A stretch of DNA of 32,000 nt, taken from assembly GCF_000284455.1 (NCBI RefSeq), contig NC_017039.1, positions 1,410,001-1,442,000 of the forward strand, written 5' to 3'. The stretch is from Synechocystis sp. PCC 6803 substr. PCC-P (GTDB taxonomy: Bacteria > Cyanobacteriota > Cyanobacteriia > Cyanobacteriales > Microcystaceae). The position numbers and the translations under genes are program-made. Positions 23,585 to 32,000 of this stretch are shown one piece after another (position 1 is the stretch's first letter; each line of letters opens with the position of its first letter). Below the pieces are notes generated by a model. That model did no database searches, was not told the DNA's origin, and was given only the letters and a program-made list of their open reading frames with translations.

Positions 23585-23928
23585 GGTGAATGATCGAAAA
23601 ATTAATAGCGCTGGGGCCGGCGGGGACAAAAGGCCAAGAGACAGTCCCTGGAGCCAGGCTAGATTCACTAGATGGAGTTAGTATCCTGGGCCGATCTCCG
23701 TAGCCCATTCTAGCGGCTTGGGGGATAACCGTTAGCAATATTTCTGATTCCCTGGGACTGGGGGGGCCAAACCATAGGGAGTTTTCCCTAGAAAGCCTAG
23801 AAGTTTTTGGATATAATAAGCAAGATTAATTTAAAGTAACAAAACTTAAAATTGCCCTGGTTACTGTTCCCCCAGAGCAAAATCTTTTTTTTTAAACCCC
23901 CTTTAGCCAACTTTACTCAGCCCCCGTA

Positions 23929-24651
23929 GTGATTCCCCTTTTAACCACCGCCTTAGCCCAGCCAGGGCTGAATTTTTTGCGCCGCTTACACCGTTGGCGT
24001 TCTGGCTTATCCATTAACCCCGCGACCACTGGCATGCAATTAGCAGCTGGCTTCCTTGTGTCGGTGCCGGTGTTTATCCAAGCTCCCCTGGTACGACAGT
24101 TTCCCTGGATTTCGCTCGCTTTAACTTTGCCCTGGGTGGCGATCGCCGTTTGGTTAATGAAGCGACCGGAACAGGCCATGTGGGGGGATTTGTTGTTGGG
24201 CTTTAGCTGGAGTTGGTTGGCGGGAGCGATTTATTGGGGCTGGTTTCGTTGGGAGCCCCTCTGGCATTTACCCATCGAGGCGATCGGTTTACCCTTTGCC
24301 CTCTGGGGATTGAAACGGGGCTGGGGAGTGATCGGCCATTTATTCTATCTAGGCTCCCTGATGGGGACAGCGGTCACGGACCTTTACTTTTACCTCACCG
24401 GATTGATGGACCATTGGCGGCAGGTGATGGTGGTGGACCCGGAATTTGCCCGGTTTGTGTTTCAGGCGGCCCTGGCTAAAATCCACACTCCCTGGGGTGC
24501 TGCCTGGGCTTGGCTACTACTGGCCCTATTGTTGGGGCTGGGGGGTTGGGCATTGCAACGGCCTTCCCCCGGTTGGCAAGCCTTTGGGGGGGCAGTGTTG
24601 AGTACGATTGTCGTAGATGCCCTTTTCTGGCTTGGGGCTATGATGGCCTAA
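23929..24651 (+). CDS. conserved multi-pass membrane protein of unknown function (possibly DUF3120-like)
   Basis: 240 aa with a GTG start. It is Trp/Leu-rich with about 6-7 hydrophobic segments. It ends 21 nt before cya1, so the two are probably co-transcribed. Confidence 0.6.
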   Translation: MIPLLTTALAQPGLNFLRRLHRWRSGLSINPATTGMQLAAGFLVSVPVFIQAPLVRQFPWISLALTLPWVAIAVWLMKRPEQAMWGDLLLGFSWSWLAGAIYWGWFRWEPLWHLPIEAIGLPFALWGLKRGWGVIGHLFYLGSLMGTAVTDLYFYLTGLMDHWRQVMVVDPEFARFVFQAALAKIHTPWGAAWAWLLLALLLGLGGWALQRPSPGWQAFGGAVLSTIVVDALFWLGAMMA

Positions 24652-24672
24652 GTCAACTCTTGTCATTATTCT

Positions 24673-25686
24673 GTGGATAAGCCTGCCCTACCCATTTACC
24701 TAGTAGTACATTTTTCTTATGGAGATGTAACCTTTCCTCTCCAGGGGCGGAGCTATTGGACTGTGGGCCGGAGTCAGGACAATGATTTGGTCATCCGAGA
24801 CAATTGTATTTCCCGCAACCATGCCATTCTACAGGCGACGGAAGAGGATACCTTTTTGCTAATTGATTTGGGTAGTCGCAATGGCACCTTTGTTAATGGT
24901 CGACGGGTGAGTGTGCCGATCGCCATTCAAGACCAAGACAAAATTACCTTTGGCAAAACGGAAGCGCAATTCTACTCCGATCAAAACGGCACCCCGTCGG
25001 GGCTACTGCGAAATCCGGCGGAATGGGATACCCAGACCAATGTGCTCCATGAACGGCGGTTAATTACGGTGTTGGTGGCGGATATGCGTAACTTCACCGG
25101 CATGGCCCAACAGGTGGAAGAGGAGTTGCTATCTATGCTGATTGGCAATTGGTTTCGCCAGGCTGGGCATATTCTGCGGGAAGCGGGCAGTTGGGTGGAT
25201 AAGTACATCGGTGATGCGGTGATGGCCATCTGGTTCCACGGTTACAACGAAGCTACTCCCGCGGAAATTATTCAAATTCTCCATGCTGTCAACCGACTCC
25301 AAGCTATGACTGCCAAGTTGAATCAGAAATATGAGCTACCCTTTCCCCTCCGCATTGGTACAGGGATAAACACTGGTTACGCCATGGTGGGCAATACCGG
25401 CAGTGGGGACCATCCTGACTACACGGCGATCGGGGACACGGTCAATGCGGCTTTTCGGCTGGAATCGGCCACTAAACAGGCCCATTTCGACTTAGCCATG
25501 AGCGAAAAAACCTTCAGTTACTTACAGGACTTGCCCCAATGGTCCGCAACTGTTCAGCAGCACACCATTGAGTTGAAAGGCTACACTAACCCGATCACCA
25601 TTTACGGACTGCCCTTTGCTACCTTGGGAACCCTGTTGGATCACACCTCCTTGGAAGATACTACCCCCGCCTCGGAAGGGCCCTAA
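24673..25686 (+). CDS. cya1: adenylate cyclase with N-terminal FHA domain (class III cyclase)
   Basis: 337 aa with a GTG start. The FHA block is GRSQDNDLVIRDNCISRNHAIL...GSRNGTFVNG. The cyclase blocks are VLVADMRNFTG, GDAVMAIW, GINTGYAMVGNTGS and YTAIGDTVNAAFRLES. Confidence 0.9.
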   Translation: MDKPALPIYLVVHFSYGDVTFPLQGRSYWTVGRSQDNDLVIRDNCISRNHAILQATEEDTFLLIDLGSRNGTFVNGRRVSVPIAIQDQDKITFGKTEAQFYSDQNGTPSGLLRNPAEWDTQTNVLHERRLITVLVADMRNFTGMAQQVEEELLSMLIGNWFRQAGHILREAGSWVDKYIGDAVMAIWFHGYNEATPAEIIQILHAVNRLQAMTAKLNQKYELPFPLRIGTGINTGYAMVGNTGSGDHPDYTAIGDTVNAAFRLESATKQAHFDLAMSEKTFSYLQDLPQWSATVQQHTIELKGYTNPITIYGLPFATLGTLLDHTSLEDTTPASEGP

Positions 25687-25726
25687 TCGTCCATAATGGA
25701 AACCGTTGTAACATTTCTTAACACCT

Positions 25727-26191
25727 ATGCCATTACCCACTTCCCTGACCACCCTGGATGGAACGCCCCTGGCCCCGGAGGTCATTGCCGATAAAGTTGT
25801 CCTTTTTGTTAACGTTGCCAGTAAGTGCGGCTTAACCCCCCAATACAGCGGCCTAGTGGCTTTGGACAAGGCCTATGGAGAAAAGGGCTTAGTAATTATC
25901 GGTGTGCCCTGCAACCAATTTGGGGCCCAGGAACCAGGCTCCCCAGAGGAAATCAAAGATTTCACCAAAACCAAGTACGACGTTGATTTCACCTTGTTGG
26001 AAAAGCAGGACGTCAATGGTCCCAACCGCAGTCCCCTCTACCAATTCCTTGTGGGGGATGGGGAAGATATTAGCTGGAACTTTGGCAAATTTTTAATTGG
26101 TCGGGATGGACAGGTGGTGGCTCGCTTTGACCCCCAAACTAAACCCGATGACACTAATCTCAAAGCGGCGATCGAAAAAGCCTTGGGCTAA
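25727..26191 (+). CDS. gpx: glutathione peroxidase-like peroxidase (Cys-type)
   Basis: 154 aa. The GPx signature blocks are NVASKCGLTPQY, VPCNQFGAQEPG and WNFGKFLI. The active-site residue is encoded by TGC (Cys), not TGA. Confidence 0.9.
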   Translation: MPLPTSLTTLDGTPLAPEVIADKVVLFVNVASKCGLTPQYSGLVALDKAYGEKGLVIIGVPCNQFGAQEPGSPEEIKDFTKTKYDVDFTLLEKQDVNGPNRSPLYQFLVGDGEDISWNFGKFLIGRDGQVVARFDPQTKPDDTNLKAAIEKALG

Positions 26192-26400
26192 GTTATTGAG
26201 CGTAAATAGCACAAACATTGTCTGCTATTGAGCTTGTTGCAATCTTCACCCCGGCCCTGGGCACGGGGTATTTTATTGGTAAAAATCCGATCCTCATAGG
26301 CGATCGCCGGGGGGGATTTGTTTATTTGTTGTCAAAGCTTGAAATTTCCAATGCCCCGCTTGCCAAATTAATCCCCATAATTGAGCTGGAGGCGGAGTTA

Positions 26401-27630
26401 ATGGCCGCCCATCCCAGCCCATGGCATTGGAAAACAATTATGCGTGATGTTTTTATTGTTGCCGCTAAACGAACTCCCCTGGGACGTTTTGGTGGCTCCC
26501 TGACCAATTTTTCGGCGGCGGATTTGGGAGCCCATGTGATGAAAAGCGTCCTAGCCCAGGCCGGGGTGGGGGGAGACCAGCTTGACCTGTACATTATGGG
26601 CAACGTGTTAAGGGCTGGCCATGGGCAATTGATTCCCCGGCAAGCGGCCTTGAAGGCGGAGATTCCCGATACGGTGGACGGTTATGCAGTGGATATGGTC
26701 TGCTCTTCCGCCATGATGAGTGTGATTAATGCAGCTTTAACCATCCGGGCTGGGGAGGGGGATTTAATTTTAGCTGGAGGGACGGAATCCATGTCCCAAA
26801 CTGGTTTTTACCTTTCCCACCGGGCCCGCTGGGGCTACAAGTTCCTCATGGGAGCACCGGAAAATTTAACCGATCTCCTGCTCCATGATGGTTTGACGGA
26901 CAGCACCAATGGGGAGGGCATGGGGGAACAGACGGAAAAATTGGCCGCAGAGCATGGTTTCAGCCGGATAGAATTGGACGAAGTGGCCTGCTTATCGCAA
27001 CAAAGGGCGGCCCACGCCACGGAATCTGGTTATTTTGACTCAGAAATTGCCCCGATTGAAATCACCAGTCGGAAAGGAACCCAGGTGTTAGCCAGTGATG
27101 AAGGTATTCGCAGTGACACCACCGTGGAAAGTCTAGGCAAATTGCGCTCGGCCTTTGCCAAGGACGGAGTGTTAACAGCGGGCAACTGTAGTCAGATTAC
27201 CGATGGGGCGGCAGCTTTGCTCCTGGCCAGTGGGGAAGCGGTGGAAAAATATCAACTCAAACCCTTGGCAAAAATTTTGGGAGGCAGTTGGGCGGCGGGT
27301 ACTCCCAGTCGTTTTCCTGAGTTGCCTATTACCGCTAGCCAGAAACTGTTAGCAAAGCTAGATAAAACCCTGGCAGATTTTGACTTGTTTGAAAATAATG
27401 AAGCCTTCTCCGTCAGCAATCTTTTATTTGAGCGGCGGTTGGGGGTGGATCGGGACAAGTTGAATGTGAACGGTGGGGCGATCGCCCTGGGGCATCCCAT
27501 TGGAGCGTCGGGGGCCAGGATCATGGTTACCCTACTCTATGCCTTGCAACAACGGGATAAAACTCTGGGGTTAGCAGCCCTTTGCCATGGCACGGGGGGC
27601 GGTACGGCGATCGCCTTAGAGCGGGTGTGA
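26401..27630 (+). CDS. phaA: acetyl-CoA acetyltransferase (beta-ketothiolase) of PHB synthesis
   Basis: Thiolase blocks: acyl-Cys VDMVCSSAMMSV, NVNGGAIALGHPIGASGARI, and the C-terminal CHGTGGGTAIALE. The conserved thiolase N-terminus MRDVFIVAAKRTPLGRF begins at ATG 26440. An upstream in-frame ATG at 26401 would give 409 aa. The 26218 start in the ORF track is unlikely. Confidence 0.9.
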   Translation: MAAHPSPWHWKTIMRDVFIVAAKRTPLGRFGGSLTNFSAADLGAHVMKSVLAQAGVGGDQLDLYIMGNVLRAGHGQLIPRQAALKAEIPDTVDGYAVDMVCSSAMMSVINAALTIRAGEGDLILAGGTESMSQTGFYLSHRARWGYKFLMGAPENLTDLLLHDGLTDSTNGEGMGEQTEKLAAEHGFSRIELDEVACLSQQRAAHATESGYFDSEIAPIEITSRKGTQVLASDEGIRSDTTVESLGKLRSAFAKDGVLTAGNCSQITDGAAALLLASGEAVEKYQLKPLAKILGGSWAAGTPSRFPELPITASQKLLAKLDKTLADFDLFENNEAFSVSNLLFERRLGVDRDKLNVNGGAIALGHPIGASGARIMVTLLYALQQRDKTLGLAALCHGTGGGTAIALERV

Positions 27631-27731
27631 ACAGTGGCAAGATCTCCACAATTAGTCCCTTTAGTTCACAAATTTCTCAACATTTCGATTTCAACATTTT
27701 CAACATTTAACCTATTTACCCAGGAGTCACC

Positions 27732-28454
27732 ATGTTAAGTCTTGGTTTGGAAGATAAAGTAATCGTGGTCACCGGCGGCAATCGGGGCATCGGCGCGGCG
27801 ATCGTGAAATTACTCCAGGAAATGGGGGCCAAAGTAGCTTTTACCGATTTAGCTACGGACGGGGGTAATACTGAAGCCCTGGGGGTGGTGGCCAACGTCA
27901 CCGATTTGGAATCCATGACGGCGGCGGCAGCGGAAATCACCGATAAGCTGGGCCCCGTTTACGGTGTGGTGGCCAATGCCGGTATCACCAAAGACAACTT
28001 TTTCCCAAAATTAACCCCCGCCGATTGGGATGCAGTGTTGAACGTTAACTTGAAAGGGGTAGCCTACAGCATTAAGCCTTTCATCGAAGGCATGTATGAA
28101 CGGAAAGCCGGCTCCATTGTGGCCATTAGTTCCATCTCCGGGGAGCGGGGTAACGTCGGTCAAACTAACTATTCCGCCACTAAAGCTGGGGTAATTGGCA
28201 TGATGAAATCCCTGGCTCGGGAAGGGGCCCGGTATGGAGTGCGGGCCAATGCAGTAGCCCCTGGTTTCATTGACACCGAAATGACTTTGGCGATCCGGGA
28301 AGATATTCGGGAAAAAATTACCAAGGAAATCCCCTTCCGCCGTTTTGGTAAACCGGAGGAAATTGCCTGGGCGGTGGCCTTTTTACTTTCCCCCGTAGCC
28401 AGTAGCTATGTCACCGGCGAAGTATTACGGGTAAATGGGGCCCACCACACCTAA
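27732..28454 (+). CDS. phaB: acetoacetyl-CoA reductase (SDR family)
   Basis: 240 aa. It has TGGNRGIGAAI (TGxxxGxG), the NAG motif and the catalytic YSATK. An AGGAG Shine-Dalgarno sequence lies at 27722-27726. It sits immediately downstream of phaA. Confidence 0.9.
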   Translation: MLSLGLEDKVIVVTGGNRGIGAAIVKLLQEMGAKVAFTDLATDGGNTEALGVVANVTDLESMTAAAAEITDKLGPVYGVVANAGITKDNFFPKLTPADWDAVLNVNLKGVAYSIKPFIEGMYERKAGSIVAISSISGERGNVGQTNYSATKAGVIGMMKSLAREGARYGVRANAVAPGFIDTEMTLAIREDIREKITKEIPFRRFGKPEEIAWAVAFLLSPVASSYVTGEVLRVNGAHHT

Positions 28455-28485
28455 CTTTTGCGGTACTGTGCAAGAATCCTAATTT

Positions 28486-28516
28486 TCTCCTCCCTAATTC
28501 TGGGGAGATTTTTTTT
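28486..28516 (+). terminator. Rho-independent terminator after phaB
   Basis: TCTCCTC-CCTAATTCT-GGGGAGA (7-bp stem including one G-U pair) followed by TTTTTTTT. The T-run overlaps the stop codon of the convergent gene 28515..29969. Confidence 0.6.
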
Positions 28517-29969
28517 AGCCGTCTAAATCCCCCGCCATCACCGTGGCGATCGCCGTTTTGGCATTGTCCTGAAATTCCCGCACATTGACTTTGTTGAGCA
28601 GGAAAATGGAGAGAATTAACCCCAGGGCCTGGAGGGCAAACACCAAACCGTAGGCCAATACCGCATTGGCAAATAAAGCTTTGCCGATGTTCAACACCGT
28701 TCCCCCAGCCACCGTGGCTAAGCCTCTGGAAATGGATTGGGCCAAACCCCAAGCTCCAATAAAAGTGCCAGCGGTTTCCACAGCGGTGAGGTCCAACATT
28801 AAACTGGTGGCTCCAGCGGTGATCATGCCCGATGCTAAGCCGAAGAAAAGTAAACCGGATTTTAACAGGGTCACATTTTGCTGAAATCCCGCCAGAATTA
28901 ACAGGGAAAAACACAGGGCGGCCAGGGCACAGCCCAGGGAAGTGGTGCGTTGTTTGCCTAAACGGGGGACGACAAAAAAGCCAGTGGAGCCAATGCCCAG
29001 CAGGGTTCCCATGCCAAAAAAGGCGTTTAACTGGGTGGTTTCGGAAATGCAAAGATTAAAGACTTCCCCACCGTAGGGTTCCAGTACTGCATCCTGCATA
29101 AATAGGCTCAGGGTTAGTAGCAACAAAAAGCCGAAGAAGATGGCCGTTTGTCGGCTGGCGGTCAACACCTTCAGCGCTTGCCCCAAAGTAATTTCATCCT
29201 CTCGCCCCCCGGAACGATCGCCAAAGCGGGAATATTTCTTTTCCACCCCCACCGTGGCGAGCCAGGCCAGGAATACCACGATCGCCGGCATGATGATGAA
29301 GACGGGATTAATTCCCCGTTGCAGTTGGGCAATATCGACGGTTTTTTTCACTAGCAGGGCATCGGCATTCAACAGGGCCGGGCCACAAATTTCAGGGGTG
29401 TTTAACAGCCGGGAACTGACAATGGCCCCCACCACGATACCCACCATCAACATGGACCAGACAATGCCCACCAGTTTGGAGCGATTATCTTCATCGGATA
29501 CGTCCACCAACAGGGCGGCAAAGGGAGTGGAGCTTAAACTCAGAGTGACCCCGTAGGCGGCGAAAACTGCCCCCAGCACAATGCTCCAAAAAATGGTTAG
29601 GGCTCCCCAGCCGTTATTTTGCAAACTTAGCCCCAATTGCCACACCACCTGGAGGGCGATAAAGGACAATATGGTAAAACCCAGGGCTCCCAGCCACACA
29701 TAGCCAGTGCGATGGTAACCCCACAGCCGCTGACTGTCGGACAGTTGACCGCACCACACCTTAAAGGGACTAACAAATTGATACATGGCGATCGCCGTAG
29801 CGGCCACCCAGGGTAACACTGCTAGCTCGTCAATCAGCACCCGGTTGAGTACCCCCAGGGTAAGTAGGGACATAATGCCCAGCCCCATCTGGAATAACCC
29901 CAGACGGAACATAGTCACCAGGGGCAATTTGGGCAACGGGGATCCGGCCATCGATTCGCTAACGGTCAT
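28515..29969 (-). CDS. PucC/LhaA (BCD, bacteriochlorophyll-delivery) family MFS-type membrane protein
   Basis: About 12 TM segments. The family-typical N-terminus is MFRLGLFQMGLGIMSLLTLGVLNRVLIDEL. The start is uncertain: ATG 29969 or 29951, and the ORF track starts at TTG 30008. Confidence 0.8.
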   Translation of the reverse strand: MTVSESMAGSPLPKLPLVTMFRLGLFQMGLGIMSLLTLGVLNRVLIDELAVLPWVAATAIAMYQFVSPFKVWCGQLSDSQRLWGYHRTGYVWLGALGFTILSFIALQVVWQLGLSLQNNGWGALTIFWSIVLGAVFAAYGVTLSLSSTPFAALLVDVSDEDNRSKLVGIVWSMLMVGIVVGAIVSSRLLNTPEICGPALLNADALLVKKTVDIAQLQRGINPVFIIMPAIVVFLAWLATVGVEKKYSRFGDRSGGREDEITLGQALKVLTASRQTAIFFGFLLLLTLSLFMQDAVLEPYGGEVFNLCISETTQLNAFFGMGTLLGIGSTGFFVVPRLGKQRTTSLGCALAALCFSLLILAGFQQNVTLLKSGLLFFGLASGMITAGATSLMLDLTAVETAGTFIGAWGLAQSISRGLATVAGGTVLNIGKALFANAVLAYGLVFALQALGLILSIFLLNKVNVREFQDNAKTAIATVMAGDLDG

Positions 29970-30029
29970 TACTACCTTGTCACAGAAAACATCCCGTATT
30001 CTAACCAACTAAGGCCTAGCAAGACTTTT

Positions 30030-32000
30030 CTAGAGGCGATCAAGCATAGTTTTCAGTTCTCCCTGCACCCTTTCGTAGCTGGCCGCTAAGGTCGGGAAAT
30101 GCCCTGGGTCCATGGCCCGGGAGTCCCGTTGGCGGGTCAGATTTTCCAAAGTTTTAGCCTGTTGTGCCAGGAGTACCGCCCCTAAATTAGCACTGCTAGA
30201 ACCCAATGTATGGGCGGCCGAACTCAAATTTCCCCAATCTTGATTGGCGATCGCCAGTTTGATCCGTTGCAATAGTTCCGGCGCCGTTTGGCAATAGATA
30301 TCGATAATCTCCCGAAGAATTAACTGACCATTCTCTCGATCCAAGTCCCGTAGAGAACAGATTATGTCTTGGTCAATGGGGGGTAAAGTTGTGCCAGCCG
30401 GATCTTCTGGGCAGGGACTAGAAGGGGATGGTTTAGCCTCAAAAGCACTAACACAGGAAACAGTAGCCATCCGATCTTGGCTGGTGGACTGGAGCGCAGT
30501 GGCGGCCACTTGTAGGGCCTGTTGTAAGGCTTCTAGGCGAATGGGCTTACTGACATAATCATTCATGCCGCTGGCCAAACACCTTTCCCGATCGCCTTCC
30601 ATGGAATAGGCTGTCACCGCAATGATCCAAGGCCTTTCACTCCGGCCCTGGGACCGTCGAATATGCTCCGTGGCGGTTAAACCGTCCATTTCTGGCATTT
30701 CCACATCCATCAACACCACGTCATAATCACCTTTTGCCAAAGCCGATAAAGCTTCTTGACCGTTATTGACCACATCCACTGGGTACCCCAACTTTTTCAG
30801 TAAAAGCTTAGCTACCTGCTGATTGATTAGGTTATCCTCCGCCAACAAAATAGTTAAATTAGAGGAGGAATAGGGAAACAAAGGCCCGCTAATTGCCTCC
30901 GTAGACACCAGGGTCGGGGGCTCAGTTTGCCCCAACACGTCCACCAAGGTATTTTCAAGCTCATCGGGGTTAATGGGACTCTTGATCCAGGCTTGCACCG
31001 GTGGTTTGTCGCCGCTGTAGCGCTCCCCTGGGGATAGATAAATATCCGTGGCTACTAACACTGGAATGTCCTGTTCCGTAGGGGCCCAGGTTGTAATTTT
31101 CCCTAAGTCAAAATCGGTGAACTGCTTTCCCCGGCCCTCTGGATAGGGGCAATGGAGGATGAGGGCACCATAGTTTTTTTGAGTTAATCTGCTTTTGAGA
31201 TCTTCCCCTAGTTTAGCGGGGGAGGAAAAGGTAATTTGCTCCGCTTGGAGACGCCAACTGGCCAAAAGATTTCGCATTCTGGTGCCCCGGCCCTCATCGT
31301 AATCTGCCACTAACACTGATCGCCCAATGAAGAGGGAGTGGCGCAAATTATGGACAGAATAGGCACAACTGGGCAGCACCGTTAAATTGACTGTGAAATA
31401 GAAAGTCGAACCCTCGATCGTCGGTTGCCCTATCTGCCAAAGTTCAGGGGGATTTCCCACCACACAGCCATTACTTTCAGCCCAGATGGTGCCCCCCATC
31501 AAAGCAGTCAACCGCACACAAATGGCCAAGCCTAACCCAGTGCCGCCAAAGCGACGGGTAATGGAAGAATTGCCCTGGCTAAAGGCCTGGAACAAAGCCT
31601 GTTGTTGGTTAGGAGCAATGCCAATGCCCGTATCCTGCACCGCAAAACAGATTTGATATTCCCCCTTAGCTGCGTCGTGGTCCACCACTTCCACCGTCAC
31701 CTTGACCTGTCCTGCCTCGGTGAATTTGACCGCATTGCTGAGGAGATTAACCAAAATTTGCCTGAGGCGAGTCACATCCCCCTGGAGGTTGGGGGGAATG
31801 GGGGTGAGAAAACGTCGGATCAGAGTGAGGGATTTTTGCCGGGCGCTCGGCACCACCACGTCCAAGGCTTCCTCCAGGCATTGCCCCAAATCAAAGGGAT
31901 ACACTTCCAGGTCTAATTTGCCGGCCTCAATCTTGGAAAAATCTAAAATATCGTTAATTAAGGTGAGCAGGGTTTCCCCGCTGTTGCGGATGGTTTGGGC
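30030..32000 (-). CDS. hybrid sensor histidine kinase (5'-partial; N-terminus lies beyond the window end)
   Basis: I checked that the frame stays open to position 32000; it reads ...LLTLINDILDFSKIEAGKLDLEVYPFDL (end of HisKA). HATPase_c follows (LRQILVNLLSNAVKFT...DTGIGI...GGTGLGLAI). Next come a degenerate receiver-like segment, a canonical receiver (ILLAEDNLINQQV...DVVLMDVEMPEMDG...SKPI) and a C-terminal HPt (SAAHTLGSSSANLGA). Confidence 0.9.
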   Translation of the reverse strand, partial: AQTIRNSGETLLTLINDILDFSKIEAGKLDLEVYPFDLGQCLEEALDVVVPSARQKSLTLIRRFLTPIPPNLQGDVTRLRQILVNLLSNAVKFTEAGQVKVTVEVVDHDAAKGEYQICFAVQDTGIGIAPNQQQALFQAFSQGNSSITRRFGGTGLGLAICVRLTALMGGTIWAESNGCVVGNPPELWQIGQPTIEGSTFYFTVNLTVLPSCAYSVHNLRHSLFIGRSVLVADYDEGRGTRMRNLLASWRLQAEQITFSSPAKLGEDLKSRLTQKNYGALILHCPYPEGRGKQFTDFDLGKITTWAPTEQDIPVLVATDIYLSPGERYSGDKPPVQAWIKSPINPDELENTLVDVLGQTEPPTLVSTEAISGPLFPYSSSNLTILLAEDNLINQQVAKLLLKKLGYPVDVVNNGQEALSALAKGDYDVVLMDVEMPEMDGLTATEHIRRSQGRSERPWIIAVTAYSMEGDRERCLASGMNDYVSKPIRLEALQQALQVAATALQSTSQDRMATVSCVSAFEAKPSPSSPCPEDPAGTTLPPIDQDIICSLRDLDRENGQLILREIIDIYCQTAPELLQRIKLAIANQDWGNLSSAAHTLGSSSANLGAVLLAQQAKTLENLTRQRDSRAMDPGHFPTLAASYERVQGELKTMLDRL

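Noticed and set aside
23585-23668. 28-codon N-terminal extension of serA
   Set aside because: The conserved dehydrogenase start MAKVLVSD is at 23584. The extension (MNLAWLQGLSLGLLSPPAPALLIFRSFT) looks like translated leader. It stays as an alternative because older annotations may use it.
25775-25800. Possible selenocysteine (TGA) recoding in the glutathione peroxidase
   Set aside because: The active-site residue in NVASKCGLT is encoded by an ordinary TGC Cys codon, and the ORF has no in-frame TGA.
26218-26400. N-terminal extension of phaA (the ORF track starts at 26218)
   Set aside because: The conserved thiolase N-terminus (MRDVFIVAAKRTPLGRF) begins at 26440. The extension has no homology signal, starts at a non-ATG codon and contains a HIP1 site, so it is probably just open upstream sequence.
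28411-29052. 213-aa ORF in another frame of the PucC/BCD-family gene
   Set aside because: It is on the same strand but out of frame with a clearly homologous 12-TM transporter gene. Its Gly/His/Arg/Pro-rich translation is not protein-like.

Overview
This window looks like a Synechocystis sp. PCC 6803-type cyanobacterial chromosome. The evidence is frequent HIP1 octamers (GCGATCGC) and a gene order I recognise from memory, which I could not check by search. That order is hisC, arsR, aqpZ, topA, a NIL-ferredoxin, a PlsC-like acyltransferase, the giant RTX/S-layer gene hlyA, apcABC, prmA, serA, cya1, gpx, phaAB, a PucC/BCD-family transporter and a hybrid histidine kinase. Most of the window is ordinary core genome. 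The unusual part is about 7.7-18.5 kb, where I found no perfect HIP1 site. It contains: (i) a small accessory cluster with a Uma2 nuclease gene and a DUF2442 gene, each followed by a copy of the same leader plus N-terminal transmembrane module (160 bp, about 92% identical, exactly 1470 bp apart); (ii) a low-complexity helical coding stretch that is open in four frames; (iii) a tnpB-only IS200/IS605 element with an intact RuvC triad, a zinc finger and matching end hairpins, so a candidate RNA-guided nuclease with an omega-RNA; (iv) the about 5.2 kb hlyA gene split by an apparent +1 bp frameshift that removes its C-terminal RTX/secretion region; (v) a modular MITE-like repeat with a G/C hairpin core, present as three full copies directly 3' of genes plus three partial or permuted copies. 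No rRNA, tRNA or CRISPR array was seen.
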